64,000 nucleotides of DNA from Phyllobates terribilis (Eukaryota). The stretch is from contig NW_027362768.1 of assembly GCF_046119375.1 (NCBI RefSeq), positions 89,900,001 to 89,964,000 on the forward strand, read 5' to 3'. Made by a program: the position numbers and the translations under genes. Below, piece by piece: positions 1-11,460 of this stretch (the stretch's first letter is position 1; every line of letters starts with the position of its first letter). The notes under the pieces are model-generated. The model was not told where the DNA came from. It saw only the letters and a program-made list of their open reading frames with translations, and searched no databases.

Positions 1-686
1 CTGTATCCGGCCTTTTTCAATTCACTTGCATTGAGCGAGGATGCGCACATCTAGTCGGCAAGTGACCACATGTTTGCAAGTCACATACATACTTACGCCA
101 CTCCCGGCGCTGGAGAATCCTCACAATGCTCAGTGTGTACGCTGTGAGGATTCACATGTCTGCAGTCACATGGAGTGACTGCAGACTTGTAGCCGTAGAC
201 AGGACAGCCCCTTTAACTGCAGGGATTGGAGCTTCAGTCCCAACAGATATAGTGGGAACAGTCACAGGCGTAACTCCTGTATCCCGACCATCTCTGGGGC
301 GCTTATATTCGGGAACTTGTTAAAGTCGCACATAACAACAAGCCTTGTCTTAATGCCGATCACATGGTTTAGCTTATAGGGACTGATTCAGTAACACTAG
401 CATATATGTAGCCAGGTTTGAAGAAAAGCCCCCTTGAATCAGATGCGCCAAATTCATTAATGAACGTGTTCCCTTTATGAATCTGGAAAGGCTGCAGAAT
501 CCGAAATCTGTTCCCGTTACTTCCAATAGTTTTCATGACTTATCCGGCAGATGCCCATCCAGTCCGTGGGTGATGAAAGCTCAGGGTGCCGCGGTCACCG
601 GATACGGTGCGAGAGTGTTCCTGGGATTTGCATTATATGGAGACAAAACCACGATATGACGCAACGGGAACCTCTAGAACACTTAC

Positions 687-744
687 AGTCAATCTTCTTA
701 GCTACAAGCTTACAGGGAAACTTATCTCCGAGTATCTGAATGAC
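687..744 (-). CDS. ITPA: ITPA coding exon 2 (inosine triphosphate pyrophosphatase)
   Basis: Minus strand reads ttccgcag|GTCATT...GACT|gtaagt, a 58-nt exon encoding [19 protein letters not shown], matching recalled human ITPA [19 protein letters not shown]. Phase 0 start fits exon 1. Later exons fall left of the window. Confidence 0.95.
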
Positions 745-1038
745 CTGCGGAAACAGAAATGAAGACAAACTGGTAAACTGGAAATGACCTTGTTGGGTTT
801 TCTTCTGTACATGTTCTAATATATATATATATATGTTATATGTTGTTATACGGAGGCCGCTATGACTGTGCAGAGTACATGACTGCACTACAGCTACAAA
901 TGGGCAACCTCTCCGGAAAAATTAACTTTATATCCTGGATTTTCAAGGGTTTTTGGGAGGCTTAGTAACGCAACTTCCTCCACCTTGTATGGCAGCATGG
1001 GCGACCTTGTGTATATGGTGTCTGAGTGTACAAATGGG

Positions 1039-1867
1039 CAACAGGGCACGGGCAGCAGAGCGCAGGCAACAGGGCGCGGGCAGCAGAGCGCGGGCAGCAA
1101 GGTGCAGGCAGCAGAGCGCGGGCAGCAGGGTGCAGGCAGTAGAACGCGGGCAGCAAGGTGCAGGCAGTAGAGCGCGGGCAGCAAGGTGCAGGCAGTAGAG
1201 CGCGGGCAGCAAGGCGCAGGCAGTAGAGCGCGGGCAGCAAGGCGCAGGCAGTAGAGCGCGGGCAGCAAGGCGCAGGCAGTAGAGCGCGGGCAGCAAGGCG
1301 CAGGCAGTAGAGCGCGGGCAGCAAGGCGCAGGCAGTAGAGTGCGGGCAGCAAGGCGCAGGCAGCAGGGTGCGGGCAGCAGAGCGCGGGCAGCAGGGTGCA
1401 GGCAGCAGAGCGCGAGCAGCAGGGTGCAGGCAGCAGAGCGCGAGCAGCAGGGTGCAGGCAGCAGAGCGCGGGCAGCAGGGTGCAGGCAGCAGAGCGCGGG
1501 CAGCAGGGTGCAGGCAGCAGAGCGCGGGCAGCAGGGTGCAGGCAACAGAGCGCGGGCAGCAGGGTGCAGGCAGCAGAGCGCGGGCAGCAGGGTGCAGGCA
1601 GCAGAGCGCGGGCAGCAGGGTGCAGGCAGCAGAGCGCGGGCAGCAGGGTGCAGGCAGCAGAGCGCGGGCAGCAAGGTGCAGGCAGCAGAGTGCGGGCAGT
1701 AGGGTGCAGGGTGCAGGCAGCAGAGCACGAGCAGCAGGGTGCAGGCAGCAGAGCGCGGGCAGCAGGGTGCAGGCAGCAGAGCGCGGGCAGCAGGGTGCAG
1801 GCAGCAGAGCGCGGGCAGCAGGGTGCAGGCAGCAAGGTGCAGGAAGCAAAGCGCGGGCAGCAGGGTG
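1039..1867. repeat. 28-bp GC-rich minisatellite, about 29 copies, in ITPA intron 1
   Basis: Unit GCAGCAGGGTGCAGGCAGCAGAGCGCGG, with a left block of the variant GCAGCAAGGCGCAGGCAGTAGAGCGCGG. Explains the stacked ORFs at 894-2054. Confidence 0.95.
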
Positions 1868-3074
1868 TGGCCAACAAGGCCAAGCACTATTTGTTACTGC
1901 TATTCCTGAACCACTAATGGTAAGAGAAGTATCCAGTAATACTGTAGAAGGTCACCAGGCACTAGCGCTGTCAACCTGTACTGTGGGCAACTTATATACC
2001 GTATGGACTCTTATAGGAGTTGTACATGTATTTTGGACTAAAAATCATTTTTGATATTTGTTTCCATTAAAACATTTTGCAGAGTTTGGTTTTTACAGGC
2101 TCTGTGTGCCGGCATAGTCAACTTTGATGTGGTCTATGGTCATAAATCAGCTCAGAGGAGTTCAGAAATTGTGATAGTATAGTAACAAACTCTTCCAATG
2201 GACAGTCAGAACAAGCTCACTGATGGATTTTTAGTTACGTAATTCATACTGCAGCCAGCAATAGACTGTGACACAGAGGTTATAGTGGGCAAATAGTACA
2301 ACATTTTAATAAAACCCAATTATAAACATGATTGTTAGTCAAAATACATGAATTCATCTAAGAAGAAATAAAAAAATTGACCCCAAAAGTTGTCAACCCC
2401 TTTAATTCTCCCAAAGGCGATATCAGTTGACTCCTCCTGAGCTGGATATATCCATACTAAGATAGTCGTTCTGGTTGTGCCCAGCAACAAAAGATGGGAA
2501 CTTCCCTCATTTCTTTCCAAAAAACAAAATTTTGTATAGTTTTATCCCATGGGGCGAACAGACATTAACCATAAGGGGCACTCTGGCCGGAACAAGTTTG
2601 CAGGGAGAGGAGCACACTATAGTAGACAGCGTTTTATATACTGAATAACATTAGTTCGGGACTTCTTAGTGGGATACAATGTATATTTTAAAGGATACTT
2701 GCCATTGGATGTGCTGATGTCATACTGATTGATAATCTGCTCCCCACTGCCTAACTGCGGGAAGCCGACTGTCAATCTGCAACTACCTGCCTGTTTTTTT
2801 TTGTTTTTTTTTTACTATGGGTCTAAAAACGAAGTCCTGGATAACGTCTTTAAGAACGAGGACTATTTTGGCCTCAATGACCAAACCTTGTTCTTGTGTG
2901 TTGTTGCATTCCAGAAGCCATTATTCATTATTTTTTTATTCTCTCAGTAGCTTGTTTTTGCAGGATGAGTTAGTGGCACCACTTTGGACTACATATAACT
3001 TATTAACCAAATGAAAAAACAAAGCAAAATGTTTTACGTCATTCTTCACATGGCGGCACTGAGAACGTGTTCAC

Positions 3075-3865
3075 ACATTAACTTTATTCTCCAGGTCAGT
3101 ACGATTATGGCGATACAAAAGTGCTATAGTTTTATACAGTACAGTACGTATTTTATTGAGGCACGACTTGTACACTATTGATTTTACTGAATAATGTACT
3201 GAAAACAGGAAAAAAAAAATTCCAAGGAAAAGGTGAAAAAAAAAATGCAATTCCGCCATTGTTTTTTGGGTTTTGCTTTTATTGTGCATTTATTTTATTG
3301 TTCATTGCGCGGTAAAAATGACCTGGCAACAATTGTCCACGTCAGTCCTATACCAGCGATATTAAATATGCATCGATTGATTTCTATGTAAGTGCTGAAA
3401 AAATATCTGAATATTGTAAAAAAAACCCTGTTTTTCCATTGTGTCGCCATTTTCCGAGACCGGTAACATTTTATTGTTACCGGTCTCGCGGTAAACTGAA
3501 GTTTTTACTGACACCAATATTGTGAATATAAGAGGATTTGATTTCTTATTGTTACATTTTTTTTTTAGGGAGCTAAAGTGACCAAACCCCCTCCCCCCTT
3601 CAATTCTGGAAATTAGATTCTTTTTAGTTGTTCCAGGGGATTGATAGGACCTAGTGTGCGTTTGCATTGAAAAGCCACTGTCAGAGATTGACAGCAGCAT
3701 GTAAATGGTTAACAGCCACGGACGGAATTCCGGCCGTGGCTGCTGGAGACAGGTGCCGGCTACGTAATACAGCCGGTATCTGCTGTGTGTGGAGGAAACT
3801 CTTGAGCCCCCTCCACATCTGTAGACGCCTTCCCAGGACGTTAATTCAGATCCTAAGGAGGTAAT
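3075..3865. mobile_element. Degenerate non-autonomous DNA-transposon fragment resembling the TTAA elements at 20092 and 29231
   Basis: Shares motifs with their distal parts (GGTCAGTACG, T-rich blocks, subterminal GC-rich segment). Boundaries approximate. Confidence 0.4.
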
Positions 3866-4959
3866 GGCCGAAAATGACCCGTGAGACGGATGAGAACAGG
3901 ACATGCTTGGAGTCTCAAGGACCGGAGACGTGGATCCATTTTTTAAAACCTATTTGTGTATGGAAAAATGAAACTCTATGGGTCAGTGTAATGTCCCAAC
4001 ATGAGAATGCAGCACTATACTGACAGTCCGACTAGACGTGAGCGGCCTCACTCAATACAAGTGAACGTCTAGTTGTACTGTGGCCAGAAGTATACAAATC
4101 GCATATTTGCAGTCACGTGACGGTCTCTTCATGCGGTCCGTAACGGAGAATCCTGAAAATTCAGACATCTGCAGTCACATTGAGTGAATGTAGACATTCA
4201 ATAGAACACTGGACAACCCCTTTAAGTAGATTAAGAAGTTTTACCAGGAGTACAACTTATCGCCTATCTACAGTATAGCAGATCGCTGGGGGGGCTCCAC
4301 CACTAGGACCATCAGCCACGATTAAGGATGTCACCCTTTGAATTGAGTGGTATCAAGCAAACACCCCATCACTCTTTTTGGGGTCTAAAAGGTGAAAGCT
4401 CTCGGTTATCGCTGTCAGCTGGAGAAAAATGTAATTGAGTATGCCTGACTGCTGTTCCATCCAAATGCCGGACCCCGGACATCCCTACTGGAGCTTGGTG
4501 GGGTCCCAGTGATCAGTAACCTATCATGACAAGTTGTAATCTTGGCTCTTAGCTCAGCCCCTTTAACCCCACTGATCATAAAGTGACAGCGTAACCTAGC
4601 AACAGCCCTTACCTTTCTAATCAGAATAATAACCCTTTAAGAGTTTGAGGAAGTCTTTAAAATATGGAATTTAATTTCCTGTAATAAATTGAAATAATTC
4701 GGCAAATTGGCCGATGAGTGAGAAGAGCAGGGAAAGTCGTAGAGAGCCCTCTAACTAGTAATAAAAAGTCTGCTGTCATTCCCAGAAACAGCACCACTCT
4801 GACACACAGGTCGTGTCGGGTATTACATCCAGGCGTCCTGCAGGATACGTCACGTATGTGGCTCGTTCTCTATGTCACCGTGTGTAATAATGAATACGGC
4901 TTCCACCTCACCCAATGCTGAGCCTCCCATCATGTCTGCCCTAGGACACCACCACATAC

Positions 4960-5022
4960 CTCCTCCAGCTTCTTGGCATTGCCCGTCACAAACACCACGC
5001 TCCTGCCAGTCACTGCAGCCAT
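4960..5022 (-). CDS. ITPA: ITPA coding exon 1
   Basis: ATG at 5022; 63 nt encode [21 protein letters not shown] (Ham1/ITPase N-terminal TGNxxK motif), followed by donor GAG|gtatgt. Confidence 0.96.
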
Positions 5023-5275
5023 CTCCACACTTCACATGGACAGCAGGCAAAAGGCCACCTCCTGCTGCAGCCCCCGCCCCGAACACACCAGCACCAATAA
5101 CCCAAGACCACCACGACCTGGAAGTGATTGTGTCACTGTACAGCACTAACATGCCCTGAGCCTGAGCTGACACTAGATGGCGCTGTGCACGTGTAATAAG
5201 AAGCTGCGTATTCCGGGCTGTCAGAAGCAGACGCTGCCACTTAGCTGTTCACACGTCCAGTTGTCATCTGTTTAA

Positions 5276-5469
5276 TGCCGTGTTCACACGTTCAGTGTTT
5301 GGTCAGTATTTTACATCAGTATCTGTAAGCCAAAACCAGGAGTGGGTGATAAATACAGAAGTGGTGACGTGTTTCTATTATACTTTTCCTCGGATTGTTC
5401 CACTTCTGGTTTTGCCTTATAAATACTGAGGTAAAATACTGACCAAATACCGAACGTGTGAACATGGCC
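5276..5469. mobile_element. Tourist/PIF-Harbinger-like MITE
   Basis: Imperfect TIRs of about 45 bp (GCCGTGTTCACACGTTCAGTGTTTGGTCAGTATTTTAC / GTAAAATACTGACCAAATACCGAACGTGTGAACATGGC) with TAA on both flanks. Confidence 0.7.
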
Positions 5470-6419
5470 TAACGAATCCAATATTAAAATAATGGAGAAA
5501 AACGGGTGCAAAATGTAAACCCAAATTTCCATTTTGATCCATCTATAAATGGACACTTTGGTTTCCAGTTGTAACGGATTCATTTTTACAATGACCATTC
5601 GTTATGATCCATTTTTCATAGACTTCAATGTTTAATAATATGGATCCTTTTGCAATCTGTTTTTTTTTTTGGGGGGGGGGATAAAAATAGTTTTGCAGAT
5701 TAAGTTTTTATTTTTGTTTCTGGCTCAAAAACAGAAATCAGCCAAAACGGAGTCAAACGGAAGATCTTGTATGACACTTCTATTCCCACTCACATGAATG
5801 GACCCTGGACTGCTACGTTTTATGTCCAAGAGATCCAAAACATAAATAACTACGGGCCATGTGAACAGGGGCTAACAACGAGCTGTCACTACACAGCGCT
5901 GATTGTATTCACAGGCATCACTGCAGGTACATGGAAGGAAATATATGCGCCCCAATTCATTGTTGCATTTGCGTGTTTTTTGTCAAGGTTTTGGTATTTT
6001 GTGCCATTTTTTTCTCTTTGCACCCCATCCATCTTTCTATTTGTGCTTTTTTTTATTATTTTACGTGTTCACTTATTTTTTTATTTTTAGTTCCCCATTG
6101 TGGACGGGGTTTAGGGTTTCCAGATGTTTTCGTCCGATTCACGGCTTTTCAAAGCGTTGTTACATTTCTCAGAAATGTTCTTTATCACCCGGTAATGCGG
6201 TTCTATGCACACCAGCAATTTTTGCAACAGTAAAAGAAAGAAAAAGAAGACCATTTTGGACTTTGCGCAAAAAAAAAACTGCAAATGATGAATGAGATCC
6301 ATAGTATTTCTGTGGACCAGGATGGCGTACCTCACCCTGATGTCGGCTTCCTCACCTTTCCTCTTGAATCGCGCTATCCTGAGATGAGTGGATCAAGATG
6401 ACACAAAGATCAAGAGGAA

Positions 6420-6880
6420 AATTGTGCTACTGTCGGGTACTGGTTATGCTCCACTACTCAGACAACGCTTTCTCAATCCCTATGTATCCCCCCAGCAAAT
6501 AATAACACCTATACTCACTTCTGGTGCCGGCACTGTTCCAGCAGTGATAGTACTGTCTCTCCTGTGACACTGTTATGTCATGCGATCCCTGCAGCCAATC
6601 AGCGCTGGCTTCACTCTCCGTGCCTTTAAACAAATCACAGACATCTGGAGGAAGTGAGTACTGCTGTTCTCTCACTTTCTCTGGATCTACGTGATTCGTC
6701 TATAGAAGAGGAGAATGAAGTGGTCTCTGATTGGTCGCAGGGATTGTGTTACATAACAGTGTCACAGGAAAGACACCGCTGGAACAGCGCCGGCACCAGA
6801 GGTGAGAATGGGTGTTATTATTTTACAAAAGGGAAACATGGGAATGAGAAATGGTTGTCGGAGTAGTGGACAACCCCTTT
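6420..6880. mobile_element. T2/Kolobok-like MITE remnant
   Basis: Right end GTAGTGGACAACCCCTTTAA resembles the end of the element at 43554-44029; carries an internal direct duplication. Left boundary approximate. Confidence 0.45.
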
Positions 6881-7639
6881 AAATTTGTATCATAAAATAC
6901 TGGAGTCTGTAACAAAACTTGTGGAAAGGGTAAAAAACACCTGTGACCAAAATCTACCCTGGTAGACATGGATTTTTCCAGAGCCGGCGAGAATATTTCT
7001 TTCCATAGAGGAGGACGAGCCTCATCTACATCTAGACGCCCGACACCTGATTCCTCCAGTAAGATCACACTGGAAACGATAAAACACTGGATCCCTCTCT
7101 CCTCCAATGTCTTACACATCTGATAATTTACTTATGTGCTTACACCGTGAGATGGTAGGACTCTTATGGCATTGTACAATTGTGGAAGGATAATTCTCAT
7201 CATCATAAATGGATACAATTGCAAACTTGTTGTAAAAATGAGAAATTTTGCAGTTTACTGGTTATTAAAAAATCTTTTCTGGTCTTAAGACTGGAAGAAT
7301 TTTGTTATTGGGTACTGCTTGTTGCCTAGGTTACCGACCACTTCTGCAGTGTATCAGCGGAGGCAGATCTCCAAGGCAACAAGAGCTTTCAAAGTGTTTC
7401 CAATAGAGGGTTGGACTCGGGGTCACTGGAGCTGCCCCTTCTCTGCCCTTCCATAGCACTGGAGGGTGGACTGCTCCGGTCCCTTACACCCAGTGTGATG
7501 GAGCAGCATGGGGGAGGATGGATAAGCAATGAAGGGACCACAACTGTCATGGCGGCTCCCGCCACATCCATGTCACACACTCGTCTAGTGCGATGATGAT
7601 GCCGCCGATCACAACTGCACAACACAAACACATGGAGAG

Positions 7640-7750
7640 ACCCAGTCCCGCCCCCCGTCCAATGAAAAGTTGTGCCGGCAAGTCACTGGCCAATCAGAAT
7701 ACGCGCTTCCGCTCAGGCCTTTTGCTCAGTGGCTTTGACCCGGAAGTGTT
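7640..7750 (+). promoter_or_regulatory. TATA-less METTL13 core promoter
   Basis: GC box CCCGCCCC 7647-7654, CCAAT at 7659 and 7690, ETS/GABP-like CCGGAAGTG 7740-7748 and CTTCCG near 7706, all within 150 nt of the ATG. Confidence 0.7.
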
Positions 7751-7787
7751 TGTGCACATGTGACAGAGATGAGCTAGAATCTGCGCG

Positions 7788-7940
7788 ATGAACCTGTTAC
7801 CGAGGAGCAGTAAGGAGTTCTCCTCCAGCCAGTACTGGGAGCAGTTCTTCCGGCGCCGCGGGGAGCGGGCGTTCGAGTGGTACGGAGGCTACCTGGAGCT
7901 GTGCGCCGTGCTGCACAAGTACATTAAGCCGAAGGATAAG
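7788..7940 (+). CDS. METTL13: METTL13 exon 1 (eEF1A lysine and N-terminal methyltransferase)
   Basis: [51 protein letters not shown] matches the METTL13 N-terminus. 153 nt; donor AAG|gtcagc. Confidence 0.97.
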
Positions 7941-8119
7941 GTCAGCACAGCGCCCTCTGCTGGCCGCGCTCTTCCTTGCTCACGTGTGTGCTGGTGGGGG
8001 AGCGACAAGTGATATTCCGCAGACCTGAGTGTAATGTGCTAGAATAATTGTGGGACATGTACAAAAGTGCAGAATAATGACTGTTCCTGCTGTAAATACT
8101 TCCTGTGTACAACTGGCTG

Positions 8120-8925
8120 ATGGCAGCCTGCATTCTGCTGATGGATCTGACTCCTCTGCTGGTATTAGATCGGTGTAACAGACATGGTGCATGTGTACAG
8201 ATGGCAGCCTGCATTCTGCTGATGGATCTGACTCCTCTGCTGGTATTAGATCGGTGTAACAGACATGGTGCATGTGTACAGATGGCAGCCTGCATTCTGC
8301 TGATGGATCTGACTCCTCTGCTGGTATTAGATCGGTGTAACAGACATGGTGCATGTGTACAGATGGCAGCCTGCATTCTGCTGATGGATCTGACTCCTCT
8401 GCTGGTATTAGATCGGTGTAACAGACATGGTGCATGTGTACAGATGGCAGCCTGCATTCTGCTGATGGATCTGACTCCTCTGCTGGTATTAGATCGGTGT
8501 AACAGACATGGTGCATGTGTACAGATGGCAGCCTGCATTCTGCTGATGGATCTGACTCCTCTGCTGGTATTAGATCGGTGTAACAGACATGGTGCATGTG
8601 TACAGATGGCAGCCTGCATTCTGCTGATGGATCTGACTCCTCTGCTGGTATTAGATCGGTGTAACAGACATGGTGCATGTGTACAGATGGCAGCCTGCAT
8701 TCTGCTGACGGATCTGACTCCTCTGCTGGTATTAGATCGGTGTAACAGACATGGTGCATGTGTACAGATGGCAGCCTGCATTCTGCTGACGGATCTGACT
8801 CCTGCTGCTCTGTTATTAGATGGCTGTATGTGACATGTAGAATTTGAAAGACTGGGTGGACAGATGGCAGCCTGCATTCTGCTGACAGATCTGACTCCTC
8901 TGCTGCTGTTATTAGATGGCTGCAT
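8120..8925. repeat. 81-bp minisatellite in METTL13 intron 1
   Basis: Eight near-identical units start at 8120, 8201, 8282, 8363, 8444, 8525, 8606 and 8687; diverged units start at 8768 and about 8864. Confidence 0.96.
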
Positions 8926-9544
8926 CATACATGGTGGATGCTTTGGGGATTTCCTGTGTGACTTTTCCAGCTAAGCCCCTCAGCACATTACAGAACAATA
9001 CAAGTGAATGATGTTTGCATATCTGCACGCGTTTCCAGACTTGATTTTCATTGCAATCCTAAAAATCATGTAGCTGCAGGGACATGTGTGAACGTTCTCT
9101 TCCTCTAATCAGGTCTTAAATGGGGTTGTTCAGTCATATAATATTGATACATATTCCACTGTCAGGTCATCAGGCTCAGCCTATTCATGTGACTTGGAGC
9201 TGATCTGCTGTACTCGGCAGCTGCTGCTACTCGTTGAATGCAGCACTGCTGTTCAGCTCCATTGTTTACATCCGGCCACTACTAGTGCTAATGACAGCTG
9301 ATGAGTGGGGTGCCAACAATCTCTAATATTGAGTATGTGTACTATGGGTGTGTCATAACTGTTTTATGCTTAGAGAACCCCTTTGTTTCTGGTCTGTGGG
9401 AGGAAATCCATGCAAACATGGAGAAAAGATACAAACTCCAGCAGATGTGGTCCTTGGTTGGATTTTAACCCAAGTCTGCACAGGAGCAGTGCCAATCATT
9501 GAGACACCATGCCTTACATTGTTATCCTCATTTATTTCTTCCAG

Positions 9545-10298
9545 GTCTTGGTTGTTGGATGTGGCAACTCTGAGCTGAGCGAACGGCTCTACGATGCCGG
9601 ATGCCCTAATCTGACAAACATTGATGTAAGCGAGGTGGTCATTCGTCAGATGAATGAGCGCAATGCCAGTCGGCGGCCCAACATGACTTACCAACTAATG
9701 GATGCCACCAAGACTACTTTTTCAGATTCCCACTTCCAGGCTGTGCTGGATAAGGGGACACTGGACGCTATCCTCACTGACACTGAAGCTGGCACCCTGG
9801 AAACTGCTACCAGGTTATTGACTGAGATTGGCCGAGTTCTCCAGTGTGGTGGGCGCTATCTCTGTGTATCGTTGGCTCAAGCCCATGTGCTGGAGAAGTT
9901 GGTCACGCAGTTTTCTCAAGGAGGATGGATGGTTCGTATTCACCAGGTCTCGGAGAGCAGCAGTAAGGAGTCCGGCAGCCAGTTTCCCTTGCCAGTGTTT
10001 GTATTTGTGATGACTAAAGTTAAGGAGATGCCAGGTCTCCCTCAAGTCTTGGAAATGATGCCGGAGGATGAGGGTGGGAAATCGGTGCGCTATGGAAGCC
10101 CTAGTGAACTGATGGACATGGTGAAAGAAAGACAGAGCTACGCACTGATCCGGAGCCACTTAAACCAGAACCAGAATTCTCCAGAGGTGTCGCTAGACTT
10201 ATGTGATGGGGTCTCTGGAAAAACACGTTATACCTTCCATGTGGTGGATAGTCCAACCGTACGGCTTCCTCACTCCAATCACTTTGCTATTTTTATCA
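9545..10298 (+). CDS. METTL13: METTL13 exon 2
   Basis: ttccag|GTC...ATCA|gtgagt, 754 nt. SAM-binding motif VLVVGCGNSELSE and DKGTLDAIL of the N-terminal seven-beta-strand methyltransferase domain. Confidence 0.97.
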
Positions 10299-10484
10299 GT
10301 GAGTATCCCCTGTCATTTTCTGTCTGAAAAATTGGAAATGCTGCTTACGGTTGCAACAAAAATTATTCAAGCTTCTTATTAAATTAGGTTTATTAGCAAT
10401 ACTTATAAACGTTCTGCTGTTTGCAATAAACTATCGAGAGAAGGACAATTTCAATAGCCCAACACAACTGATAGCACAAGTGGG

Positions 10485-11460
10485 TTCAGTCTCAATTATT
10501 CACCCCTTCATGACAAGCATATATAGCACTTAGTAGAACCACTTTGGCTGTTTATTACCTACTTCTAACTTGATGTATAGACAGACACCAGCGTCTGGAC
10601 AATGGCCTCTGGTTCACTAACATTCTTGGGTTTGTGTGTTGCAACTGCCTTCTTCAAATCCCATCAAAGTTTTTTTCTATGGGGTTCAAGTCAGGAGACT
10701 ATGGAGGCCACTCCAGAATCATTCAGGACTTCTTCTGATAGCAAGCTTTAGTGGACTTTGACATGTTCTTGGGATCATTGTCCTGTTGGAAGGTTCAATG
10801 ATGCTGAAGCTTAAGCTTCCTCACAGAAGACATGATGATTTGTCTCAGGATTTCCTGATACTTAATTGATCCATCTTGTCCTCCACACACTGTAGGTTTC
10901 CATGGCCAGAGGAAGCAAAGCTGCCCCAGAGCATCACCAAGTCCCCACCATGATTCACTGTAGGTGGGGTGCTCTTTTCAACATATGCTTCAGTCTTTCT
11001 TCAGACATGCTTGATCCATAGGTCTATAAAGTTAATTTTTATTTTTTCGCTCCAAGAATTCCAAAACTTCTGTGGCTCATTTTTATGGCTTTGAGCACAT
11101 TGCAGCTGACAATTCTTGTGCTTTTGGATCAGTAGAGGTGTACATTTTGGAGTTTGGACATGGAGATATTCAGCGCTTAGTATGCACCTTACTGTACAAA
11201 CTGATACCTCTGTGCCTGACGCCACCAAATCTTGCTGCTGTTTTTTTGCAGTCACTTGAAGGTTTTTGATCACCTGCCCCTTCAGGAATGTGGTGTCAGC
11301 TGATGATGGTGCCCACTTTCTGTTGTGTCTGGGTATTATAGCCAGTGTCCCCTTTAACTTTGCTTCCGGCTGTATCTCTAGGGACACTCAATGCCTTTGT
11401 TTTTTTTTTATCCTTTGATCTCCTCTTAACATTTTGAACCACTCACTTGACAGCCCAAGA
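10485..11460 (-). mobile_element. Degraded Tc1-like transposon remnant
   Basis: Minus-strand fragments such as CTVRCILSAEYLHVQTPKCTPLLIQKHKNCQLQCAQSH resemble the Tc1 HTH region; multiple stops and frameshifts. Confidence 0.6.

Noticed and set aside
894-2054. Cys/Pro-rich and Gln/Ala-rich ORFs of 120-329 aa in many frames
   Set aside because: Products of the stop-poor 28-bp minisatellite inside ITPA intron 1; no splice or domain support.
2810-2920. Open, protein-like frames on both strands
   Set aside because: No matching acceptor/donor pair and no resemblance to ITPA or any protein I recognise.
6890-7320. Possible old Penelope RT fragment
   Set aside because: Only faint motif resemblance; too degraded to support without a profile search.
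7321-7631. Apparent minus-strand first exon with donor TCG|gtaacc at 7335
   Set aside because: The 23-mer containing the donor (7321-7343) recurs exactly, inverted, at 36239-36261, so it is probably repeat-derived. The frames there encode nothing recognisable.
7942-8928. ORFs of 242-328 aa with 27-aa repeats
   Set aside because: Translations of the 81-bp VNTR. Three frames on two strands are open at once, which argues against selection for coding.
9509-9544. ORF-track start at 9509 (and similar run-ins at 16481, 26998 and 39068)
   Set aside because: Intronic read-through upstream of real splice acceptors, not true starts.
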